This document shows positions 19,440 through 26,844 of a DNA stretch of 64,000 nucleotides, piece after piece; within the stretch, counting starts at the first letter, position 1, and the number at the start of each line of letters is the position of its first letter. The notes under the pieces are model-generated. The model had not been told where the DNA came from, made no database searches, and was given only the letters and a program-made list of their open reading frames with translations. Origin of the DNA: Bacteroidales bacterium (GTDB lineage: Bacteria > Bacteroidota > Bacteroidia > Bacteroidales > UBA1402); assembly GCA_017380635.1 (NCBI GenBank), contig JAFODP010000004.1:22828-86827 (forward strand), written 5' to 3'. A program made the position numbers and the translations under genes.

Positions 19440-19473
19440 CAAATGTAATGAAAGCTCTGCGAAGAATAACAAA
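19440..19473 (-). promoter_or_regulatory. Candidate Bacteroidetes promoter for the 19395->11088 operon
   Basis: On the minus strand there is TTTG at 19473-19470, a 22-nt spacer, then TACATTTG (TAnnTTTG) at 19447-19440. The box ends 45 nt upstream of the ATG at 19395. Confidence 0.4.
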
Positions 19474-19509
19474 AAGGCAAAGAAAAAGTTGCGAAAGTGA
19501 TATTGATAG

Positions 19510-19638
19510 TTTTTCGCTAAGCTTTGGGGATGACGTTGCCACCCTCGGCATCTTAGAGGGAGGGGCCCGCCGCGAAGCGGTGGGAGGGATGAGTCGGAAC
19601 TCGCTTCCGACGAAGTCATCACAAAGCTTAGCGAAAAA
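19510..19638. other. 129-nt imperfect palindrome, candidate structured RNA or DNA element (three hairpins closed by a long stem)
   Basis: - Outer stem: 17 bp, perfect (19510-19526 with 19622-19638).
- Adjacent helix: 6 bp, GATGAC/GTCATC (19529-34 with 19615-20).
- Internal hairpins: 19542-19560, 19566-19584 (8 bp, GAA loop) and 19593-19611 (7 bp).
- It is intergenic, between the operon promoter and the ferritin terminator. Confidence 0.4.
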
Positions 19639-19705
19639 CCGTATCACCAGAGCCAAGCCGACTGTTCCGAGAAAGACTGCCAGTTTTGCCAAGGCTATAA
19701 AACAT

Positions 19706-19731
19706 GCAGCGCTCGCATTCGCGAGCGCTGC
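19706..19731 (-). terminator. Hairpin terminator downstream of the ferritin gene
   Basis: A perfect 11-bp stem GCAGCGCTCGC/GCGAGCGCTGC has an ATTC loop. It lies 47 nt past the ferritin stop at 19778-80. On the minus strand it is followed by ATGTTTTAT. Confidence 0.6.
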
Positions 19732-19777
19732 GGTCATTATTCACAGAATGAAATTTCAAAGAATGTATCGATAAACT

Positions 19778-20299
19778 TTATTCGGCAGTAGCCAAAGGTG
19801 AAGCCTGGGTGTAAACGCGAGTGGCAAGCTCTTTATCCAGCTGATACATACCGTATTTGTCGTTTTCTACGGCTTCGGCAGCAAAGATCTGGTCGCGGGC
19901 ATTTTCTTCTTCTTCCACCTGTTCGTTCACAAACCAAACCAACATATTGGACGAAGCAAAATCGCGGTCTTCAGCAGCGATGGCAGCCAAGTTGTTGATA
20001 AGAGAAGTCACCACTTTTTCGTGCTTGAGGGTTTCCTGGAACATTTCCAAAACAGAATCCCATTGGGTACGCACTTCGGCCAAAGGCTTGAGTTCCACCT
20101 TGGCATCGCGCGAGTTGAGGTAATTCATAAAGATGCGTGCATGATCTTGTTCTTCGAGCCATTGCACATAAAACCAATTGGCAACACCCTTGTAACCCTT
20201 AGACTCGGCATCGAGCGACATAGAAAGATATAAATAGGCCGACCAAAGTTCGGCATTGATCTGCTCGTTGATGGCAGCATGTAATTTTTCGCTTAACAT
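19778..20299 (-). CDS. ftnA: Non-haem ferritin
   Basis: MLSEKLHAAINEQINAELWSAYLYLSMS...WLEEQDHA shows the ferroxidase-centre E/ExxH pattern. The 173-aa size is typical. Confidence 0.9.
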   Translation of the reverse strand: MLSEKLHAAINEQINAELWSAYLYLSMSLDAESKGYKGVANWFYVQWLEEQDHARIFMNYLNSRDAKVELKPLAEVRTQWDSVLEMFQETLKHEKVVTSLINNLAAIAAEDRDFASSNMLVWFVNEQVEEEENARDQIFAAEAVENDKYGMYQLDKELATRVYTQASPLATAE

Positions 20300-20339
20300 A
20301 ATAGTTCGTTTTTAAATGATGTCCCAACATTGAGACAAG

Positions 20340-20347
20340 CAAAGGTA
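20340..20347 (-). promoter_or_regulatory. Candidate -7 box (TACCTTTG) for ferritin
   Basis: CAAAGGTA on the plus strand equals TAnnTTTG on the minus strand. It lies about 40 nt upstream of the ATG at 20299. Confidence 0.35.
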
Positions 20348-20484
20348 AAATCGACAAGAAGGATTTGCAAGCATCAGCCTCATAATTATTCTAAAAAATT
20401 TGCAGAAAAATCTTTAGCTTTGCGGCCTACTATCGTTCGGCAGAAATTTCGCAAGAACAGCCGGACAATTAAAACATTACGACT

Positions 20485-21504
20485 ATGATTTATTTCGACT
20501 CAGACTATATGGCCGGCGCGCATCCCCAGGTGATGCAGGCGCTCGTGGAAAGCAATCTCGAACAGACCACCGGTTACGGCAGCGACGCCTACACCGCCCA
20601 AGCAGCAGCATTGATCCGTCAGGCTTGCGATGCTCCACAGGCACGCGTACATTTTCTGGTGGGCGGCACACAAACCAACGCCACCGTCATCGACGGATTG
20701 TTGGCGCGACATCAGGGCGTGTTGGCGGCCGAGAGTGCGCATATCAATGTGCACGAATCGGGCGCCATCGAAGCCTCCGGGCATAAGGTGCTGACACTTC
20801 CCCAGCACGAGGGCAAAGTGAAAGCCGACGAAGTAAAAGCCTATATCGACGAATTTTACCGCGACGACAGCTACGAACACATGGTAGCGCCGGGCATGCT
20901 CTACATTTCATTCCCCACAGAATATGGCACGCTTTACAGTTTGCAGGAACTCAGCGACTTGAGCCAAGTGTGTCACGAAGCCGACATTCCGCTTTACGTG
21001 GACGGAGCCCGCTTGGGCTATGGTTTGGCCGCCAGCGATGTCAGTCTGCCCGACCTGGCGCGTCTTTGCGATGTTTTCTATATCGGAGGCACCAAAATGG
21101 GCGCACTTTTCGGCGAAGCCGTCGTCATCAACAACGACAAACTGCTGAAACATTTCTTCCCGCTCATCAAGCAACACGGCGCCTTGTTGGCTAAAGGCAG
21201 ACTTTTGGGTGTACAATTCAAAGCCTTGTTCAGCAAGGGATTATACGAAGAAATCGGACGCGAAGCCGTGGCCAAAGCCCTGCGACTGAAAGCCGCCTTC
21301 GTAGAAAAAGGATATCAGGTAGAAGTGGATTCGCCCACCAATCAACAATTTTTCCGACTGCCCAACAGCCTTATAGACAGACTGAAACAAGAAGCAAGTT
21401 TTGAATATTGGGGACCGCGCGGACAGCAGGAAAGCGTGGTGCGTTTTGTCACGAGTTGGGCCACCAGCGACGAGGATATCGACCAACTTATTGCCCTGCT
21501 TTGA
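20485..21504 (+). CDS. ltaE: Low-specificity L-threonine aldolase / beta-eliminating lyase family (PLP-dependent)
   Basis: Motifs: MIYFDSDYMAGAHPQVMQAL...GYGSDAYT...VGGTQTN...GGTKMGALFGEAV. Confidence 0.85.
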   Translation: MIYFDSDYMAGAHPQVMQALVESNLEQTTGYGSDAYTAQAAALIRQACDAPQARVHFLVGGTQTNATVIDGLLARHQGVLAAESAHINVHESGAIEASGHKVLTLPQHEGKVKADEVKAYIDEFYRDDSYEHMVAPGMLYISFPTEYGTLYSLQELSDLSQVCHEADIPLYVDGARLGYGLAASDVSLPDLARLCDVFYIGGTKMGALFGEAVVINNDKLLKHFFPLIKQHGALLAKGRLLGVQFKALFSKGLYEEIGREAVAKALRLKAAFVEKGYQVEVDSPTNQQFFRLPNSLIDRLKQEASFEYWGPRGQQESVVRFVTSWATSDEDIDQLIALL

Positions 21505-21509
21505 GCCGA

Positions 21510-21998
21510 TTATTTCTCCGTTTCGTCGATAGGCATTTTGCCGTGGAGGTACATCAGTAGGCGCATTTTGCCTTCCTTGTCTTCCATAACGCTGAGAAAA
21601 TCGCTGAGGTTCTCCTCGTCAAGGGTCACGAAAAAGAAGCGCACATAGTTGCCGTCGCGTTCCTCTTCGGAGATGGATTTTTCCTGGAAAGCGCTCAGTT
21701 GTGTGTCGAGATCTTGGTGGAATGCCTGCAATTGTGCTTCGTTCAGAGCGGAATAATCGAACATGGCAATCAGGCTGACGTCTTTCATGAATTTCTTGCC
21801 CGCTTGCTTGCCAACCAGCATTTTAATCATTTTCAAGCCTTCGCCTTCGCGAAAGAATTGAGCATCCTTGTCGTTTAGTTTGTGCTTGTTTATCAAATCG
21901 GTCAATTGCATCGTTGCCTGCGATTGCGCCAAGACTGGCAAGGCAAGCAGCATCCACAAAGAGAGGACAAGAAATCGTAATTTATTCGTTTTGTTCAT
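21510..21998 (-). CDS. Exported hypothetical protein (DUF4252-like)
   Basis: Signal peptide MNKTNKLRFLVLSLWMLLALPVLAQ. The C-terminal pattern FLSVMEDKEGKMRLLMYLHGKMPID is reminiscent of DUF4252. The family call is tentative. Confidence 0.5.
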   Translation of the reverse strand: MNKTNKLRFLVLSLWMLLALPVLAQSQATMQLTDLINKHKLNDKDAQFFREGEGLKMIKMLVGKQAGKKFMKDVSLIAMFDYSALNEAQLQAFHQDLDTQLSAFQEKSISEEERDGNYVRFFFVTLDEENLSDFLSVMEDKEGKMRLLMYLHGKMPIDETEK

Positions 21999-22096
21999 AA
22001 AGATTCGTTTTTAAGGCCGCCAAAGATATAGCAAATTCTCGATAAAGACTTATTTTTGCAGCGCGATAAAACATCAACCAACACAGGAAAGACATT

Positions 22097-23518
22097 ATGA
22101 TTACCTTTATTATTTCTCTGAGTATCTTGATTTTAGGATATATTTTCTACGGAAAATTCGTCAATCGTATTTTTGCTCCGGACGATAGAATCACGCCCGC
22201 CATCAGCCAACACGATGGCGTTGATTTTGTGGCACTTCCTTCGTGGAAAGTGTTCATGATACAGTTTCTGAACATTGCCGGTCTGGGGCCTATTTTCGGC
22301 GCCATCATGGGTTCGCAATTCGGTACGGCCAGTTATCTGTGGATAGTTTTCGGCACCATTTTCGGCGGGGCCATGCACGACTTTTTTGCCGCTACCATTT
22401 CTATCCGCAACGGCGGCGAAAGCCTTACGCAAACCATCCGTCGCTATCTGGGCAAATATGTCAATTGGGTGATGTTGGCGCTTACCGTGGTGCTAATGCT
22501 CTTGGTGACAGCCGTTTTCGTTTCCGGACCGGCCGAAATTCTGGCCACGCTCACGCCCGATTGGATGAACGCTTATTTTTGGATGATAGTCATTTTCATC
22601 TATTACATTTTGGCCACGCTGCTTCCCATCGATAAAATTATCGGACGTATTTATCCGCTTTTTGCCATCGCTTTGCTGTTTATGGCTGTGGGCATTCTGG
22701 TGGTGCTTTTTGTTAAATGGCCGGCGCTGCCCGAAATTTGGAATGGTTGGGGCATCAAGCACGATCCCGCTCCGATTTTCCCGATGATGTTTATCTCCAT
22801 TGCTTGCGGCGCCATCAGCGGATTTCATGCCACGCAATCGCCTTTGATGGCGCGTTGTCTGAAGTCGGAAAAGATGTGTCGACCGGTGTTTTATGGTGCC
22901 ATGGTGACGGAAGGTATCGTTGCGCTCATTTGGGCGGCCGCCGCCACTTGCTTCTTCCAGCAGAACGGCATTGTGGACGCCGCTTCCGGCAAAGCCTTCA
23001 GCGGCGCGATGGTGGCAACCCGTATTTCTAAAGAATGGCTCGGTGCCGTGGGTGGCGTGTTGGCAATTCTGGGCATCGTGGCGGCGCCCATCACCTCGGG
23101 CGACACGGCGCTACGTTCTTGCCGCCTCATCCTGGCCGACCTTTTCCACATCGATCAGAAGAAAGTGGGCAAACGACTGCTCATCACCCTGCCTATCAGC
23201 CTCATTGCCATGGGCTTGCTCATCTTCAGCCTGTCCGATGCCAACGGTTTCAAAATTATCTGGCGCTACTTTGCCTGGACCAACCAAACCCTGGCCGTGT
23301 TCACGCTTTGGGCCATCACCGTTTTTCTGGCACGCGAACGCAAAGGCTTCACTTACCTCATTTCCCTGCTGCCTGCGCTTTTCATGACGGCCGTCAGCAG
23401 CGCCTACATCTGCATCGCGCCCGAAGGCTTCGGCCTCAACGTCAATCCATTCTTGGTCGGCGGCAGCTGCGCCCTGATTTTGCTGATTCTCTTCGTTGTC
23501 AAACAAAGGGGTAAATAG
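22097..23518 (+). CDS. cstA: Carbon starvation protein A (CstA peptide/pyruvate transporter family)
   Basis: Polytopic membrane protein. The N-terminus (GYIFYGKFVNRIF...DGVDFVALPSWKVFMIQFLNIAGLGPIFGAIMG) is characteristic of CstA. Confidence 0.88.
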   Translation: MITFIISLSILILGYIFYGKFVNRIFAPDDRITPAISQHDGVDFVALPSWKVFMIQFLNIAGLGPIFGAIMGSQFGTASYLWIVFGTIFGGAMHDFFAATISIRNGGESLTQTIRRYLGKYVNWVMLALTVVLMLLVTAVFVSGPAEILATLTPDWMNAYFWMIVIFIYYILATLLPIDKIIGRIYPLFAIALLFMAVGILVVLFVKWPALPEIWNGWGIKHDPAPIFPMMFISIACGAISGFHATQSPLMARCLKSEKMCRPVFYGAMVTEGIVALIWAAAATCFFQQNGIVDAASGKAFSGAMVATRISKEWLGAVGGVLAILGIVAAPITSGDTALRSCRLILADLFHIDQKKVGKRLLITLPISLIAMGLLIFSLSDANGFKIIWRYFAWTNQTLAVFTLWAITVFLARERKGFTYLISLLPALFMTAVSSAYICIAPEGFGLNVNPFLVGGSCALILLILFVVKQRGK

Positions 23519-23526
23519 TTTCGCCG

Positions 23527-24024
23527 TCACGGCTGTTGCACCCTGCACTCTTCCATCACCAGGGCTTTTTCCATGACAAGTGTCTTGAAGAGCCATAATT
23601 GTTTCGTGGCAATGGTCTTGAAGCCTAGGTGTTCGTAGAAAGCAATGGCCGCTTTGTTTCCGGCAAACATTTCCACATGAAGGCAGGGACAAGCCATCTT
23701 TTGGGCGTATGCTTCCACATAAGCCATGTTGCGCGAGGCCACTCCCAGACCTTCGTACTCGGGCAGGGTCGTCATTTTCCTCACATACACCACCCCGTTT
23801 TTGGCAAACATCTGGAAAGTACTACTGAAGTCGTCCAGCTCGACGTCCCATACCAGCACCACCACTTTGTCCTTGCAGTCTTTTCGTATAGCGCGTTTCG
23901 AATAAGGCAGCATCCAACAAAACAGCCCTTTCTTCATCATCTCGCCGCTACTCTTACGCAAAATACGGTAGATGATATTAATCACCTCATAATCAGTATC
24001 TCTCGTAAGTATACGTTTTTCCAT
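23527..24024 (-). CDS. GNAT family N-acetyltransferase
   Basis: Motifs: PEYEGLGVASRNMAYVEAYA ... NKAAIAFYEHLGFK. A TAAATTTG -7 box lies on the minus strand at 24060-24053. Confidence 0.75.
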   Translation of the reverse strand: MEKRILTRDTDYEVINIIYRILRKSSGEMMKKGLFCWMLPYSKRAIRKDCKDKVVVLVWDVELDDFSSTFQMFAKNGVVYVRKMTTLPEYEGLGVASRNMAYVEAYAQKMACPCLHVEMFAGNKAAIAFYEHLGFKTIATKQLWLFKTLVMEKALVMEECRVQQP

Positions 24025-24251
24025 TGCTGTTGATTTTTAAAAAATTGCGCGGCAAATTTAGACACTTGCCCCAATCGTGCAACAGCATCCCTCCCCAAGG
24101 CGCCCATTTTTTCAATTTTTTTAGAATAATTAGGACTCGTACATTTTTTCTCCGACCCACAGCAATGCCCGCTATTTCCACTCGTTCCCCGCATTCCAGC
24201 CCCTCATTCCTCCAGCATTTCTCGCCATTCCTCGCCATTTACGCCCATCAT

Positions 24252-24959
24252 TTACGTCCAACATTCGAACAGCAAAGCACTTACAACAGCTATAAACACA
24301 CTAATAAGCGTTCCGGCCAAGACATATTCTGTTTTCGTGGTATCGGTATCCCGAAATCTAATGATTGATTTAGCAGCCAACAGAAAGCCGATAGCTTCAT
24401 AATGATTGAGGAATATAAAGATAATTATCAACCATCGCTCAATACTACCAATCAAAGCCCCCGACTGAAACTTTGCATAATCACTGGCATCACCATTTTC
24501 TTCTTGCGGATTATGGACACTATACAATTTTAATATATGCTTGGTCAGAATATTGGCAGGCTTTGCATTAGTCAGAAAAACAAGAACGTACAACAAAATC
24601 AAGTTCCAATCTTCTGGCAAAGAATACATCGTACCGCACCAAACATTTTCATACATAAACGCAATGCAAATCAAGCAAAGCAAATGCGCCATCTGATCTA
24701 TCACAAACGACCAGAAACCATCTTTTACTTTACAACAGTCTATGATCCAATGCGAAAATGCAATACATAGCGCAAAACTCCATGCTGACCAAGTCCACAA
24801 AGCCATCCACGACAGCAAGAAGACGATAAATGCATGAGCATAACAATGCCAACAAGCAAAACGTTTTTCCAATTTTTGCTTACACCACGCATCATTTTGT
24901 AAAAAGAAATCACTCAAAACATGAGCCAACAATAAGCGAAGAAACAAGTCAATAAACAT
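24252..24959 (-). CDS. DUF3307 family polytopic membrane protein (SatE-like partner of SatD)
   Basis: ATG at 24959 (MFIDLFLRLLLAHVLSDFFLQNDAW...); the listed ORF start at 24983 is a TTG. It has multiple TM helices and an HxxxDFxLQ N-terminal motif. It overlaps the SatD stop by 11 nt. Confidence 0.65.
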   Translation of the reverse strand: MFIDLFLRLLLAHVLSDFFLQNDAWCKQKLEKRFACWHCYAHAFIVFLLSWMALWTWSAWSFALCIAFSHWIIDCCKVKDGFWSFVIDQMAHLLCLICIAFMYENVWCGTMYSLPEDWNLILLYVLVFLTNAKPANILTKHILKLYSVHNPQEENGDASDYAKFQSGALIGSIERWLIIIFIFLNHYEAIGFLLAAKSIIRFRDTDTTKTEYVLAGTLISVFIAVVSALLFECWT

Positions 24960-25629
24960 AATTACTAAAATTAATAGATTCAAATACTCGTAAAGTCTCC
25001 GCTATTAAATGCCAACCACCCCCTTTTGCTCGACTATTGACAGAAGACTGGGAAATCCGCAAAATTCTTGAAATCTCCATCTCCGTCATCCCCAACAATC
25101 TTAAGTAAATCACCGCGCTCTGCTTGGCAGACAAAGCATTCACAATATTGTCCAACAATTGTATCTCATTCTTTATAATCTCTGTGATATCAGCATCTTT
25201 TGCCACCATACCGAAAGTAGAAGTCACCGAAGATCTTGTTATTCTATCCAAACCTCTCCCCGCAATATATATTGCCTCTCCATCCATGATATCGTGATTC
25301 CTATCCACAATACGCATTGCTCCAACCGCCATAGAAAAGCGCAAGCCAAAAGCCTTCAACAAAGGCGAACAATCTTCTGCGTCTGCCCAAGCCTTTATCC
25401 GACACTTCATCAACAAAGCCAATCTTAAGACATAATTTGGATTATCAACACAACATTCTATAGCATCGCCTTTCACAAGCCGACCCCAAAAAGGAATCTT
25501 TACATAACGTGCAAAATCGTCGAAACAGATATGCACTTCGCGCTGCAAATGGCGGAAACCCAACTCACTCAAAGAAGTCGAACCTATAATATCTGCCGAT
25601 ACAATACCAACCAAATTCATTTTTGCCAT
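24949..25629 (-). CDS. SatD family protein: class III nucleotidyl-cyclase-like domain + C-terminal sigma70-r4/LuxR-type HTH
   Basis: - ATG at 25629.
- Cyclase-homology-like motifs: GIVSADIIGSTSL, VKGDAIECCV, FSMAVGAMRIVDRNHDIMDGEAIYIAGRGLD.
- C-terminal HTH: LSAKQSAVIYLRLLGMTEMEISRILRISQSSVNSRAK.
- TATATTTG -7 box on the minus strand at 25649-25642. Confidence 0.65.
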   Translation of the reverse strand: MAKMNLVGIVSADIIGSTSLSELGFRHLQREVHICFDDFARYVKIPFWGRLVKGDAIECCVDNPNYVLRLALLMKCRIKAWADAEDCSPLLKAFGLRFSMAVGAMRIVDRNHDIMDGEAIYIAGRGLDRITRSSVTSTFGMVAKDADITEIIKNEIQLLDNIVNALSAKQSAVIYLRLLGMTEMEISRILRISQSSVNSRAKGGGWHLIAETLRVFESINFSNYVY

Positions 25630-25764
25630 ATTAATCCGGCACAAATATATAGAAAATGCTCGATAATCAAAAAATATCTACAAAATATTAGATATTTACA
25701 GAATATCCAAGAAAAGTCAGATAACACCTTATTGCATAAAACAAATTCTACATCGACAAAGCCA

Positions 25765-26742
25765 TTAAAAAACATCGCTTTCAATATCTGTCATCGCATC
25801 GTGAACTCCAGAACTAAGCTTATTCACCAGAAATTCTTTTTGTAAGCCCCTGTTGCGTGTACCCACAATCAAGTTTCTTGCTTCCAATTCCAAAATGAGC
25901 GTTTCCACAATATCTTTCTTCAGTTTGTCAAAGCTTCCCCAAAACAAGAAGCAGACCCATCGCTTAGACATCATGCCGTGAACGCAGCTATATACATCGT
26001 TCTCGGAGAAATAAGCCGACTCGTAGGGATTTCTTCCAGGCTTGATGTTCAACAAATTATTAATGTTTCCCGACGAAAAGATTTTTGCCAGCATCGATTC
26101 CATGAATTGTTTGGCACAATAATTACGAAAATGTGAAAATAGCCAAAGCACAGCAAATACCAACAACAAGGCAGAACCCACACAGCCACCTAATCCCAGG
26201 GTCGAAATAAGAGTCCTGACTTGCGGTAACAATACAGAAAAAGTGGCCACCATAGACACGATACCCACCACATTACTAAAACGACTTGGCTTGTATATAG
26301 ATGATAGATTTTCTTTAGACTGCTGTAGTTCCGAAGATATACGTTGCTCATACTTTTCATTCACTTCCTTCAGTTTCTTTTTCAAATTCAGATTCTCATA
26401 TTCCATCAAATGCAAATCGGTTTGCAATTTGCGGATTTCATCCTCTTTCTTAGAATTCTGACGAAGCAGATCGATACACGCTTCTTGATGTTCATCTATT
26501 ACAGCCAATTGAGTTTGCAAACGAAGATTCTCTATGTAGATGTCGAATTCTTTGCGTAACTGCGACAATTGTTTAAATTGTTCCTCGGCCGTTTTCTTAG
26601 CAGCCTCATCTTGAAACCTATCTGGATGTAAAGTCGGCATCTTCTTAACCAACATTTGATAAAGCTGATACACATCCTCACACTCCGTTCCCAAAGCCTC
26701 CTTGATTTTCTCAATAACTGAAGTTTGTATTTCCTGTGACAT
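25765..26742 (-). CDS. J-domain (DnaJ-like, HPD motif) coiled-coil membrane protein
   Basis: - N-terminal J-domain-like helix pair: VYQLYQMLVKKMPTLHPDRFQDEAAKKTAEEQFKQLSQLRKEF.
- ~90-aa coiled coil.
- Two TM helices: VVGIVSMVATFSVLL and GCVGSALLLVFAVLWLF.
- ~115-aa C-terminal domain of unknown type. Confidence 0.6.
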   Translation of the reverse strand: MSQEIQTSVIEKIKEALGTECEDVYQLYQMLVKKMPTLHPDRFQDEAAKKTAEEQFKQLSQLRKEFDIYIENLRLQTQLAVIDEHQEACIDLLRQNSKKEDEIRKLQTDLHLMEYENLNLKKKLKEVNEKYEQRISSELQQSKENLSSIYKPSRFSNVVGIVSMVATFSVLLPQVRTLISTLGLGGCVGSALLLVFAVLWLFSHFRNYCAKQFMESMLAKIFSSGNINNLLNIKPGRNPYESAYFSENDVYSCVHGMMSKRWVCFLFWGSFDKLKKDIVETLILELEARNLIVGTRNRGLQKEFLVNKLSSGVHDAMTDIESDVF

Positions 26743-26768
26743 CTTAACACAAATTTTTCAATGCATGA

Positions 26769-26776
26769 CAAAAGTA
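26769..26776 (-). promoter_or_regulatory. Candidate -7 box (TACTTTTG) for the J-domain gene
   Basis: CAAAAGTA on the plus strand lies about 27 nt upstream of the ATG at 26742, immediately after the epimerase terminator. Confidence 0.3.
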
Positions 26777-26808
26777 AAAAAAAATCCGCCACGCACCGTG
26801 ACGGATTT
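26776..26808 (-). terminator. Rho-independent terminator after the epimerase gene
   Basis: Minus-strand hairpin (26806-26784, about 9 bp with one mismatch) followed by a U-run (plus-strand A9 at 26776-26784). It lies 37 nt after the stop at 26845. Confidence 0.65.
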
Positions 26809-26844
26809 CGATGAATTATCTCAAATCTTTTGTATTGGCTCTAA

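Noticed and set aside
19448-19774. A 108-aa plus-strand ORF spanning the palindromic element and the ferritin terminator.
   Set aside because: It reads straight through two strong hairpin structures and has an Arg/Ser/Ala-rich low-complexity translation with no start context. The region is better explained as non-coding structure.
24025-24251. Short direct repeats (CTCGCCATT twice) and a C-rich tract in the GNAT/DUF3307 intergenic region.
   Set aside because: The repeats are only 9 bp long, present in two copies, and show no associated structure. The region already contains a plausible -7 box for the GNAT gene, so the repeats are likely a chance occurrence.
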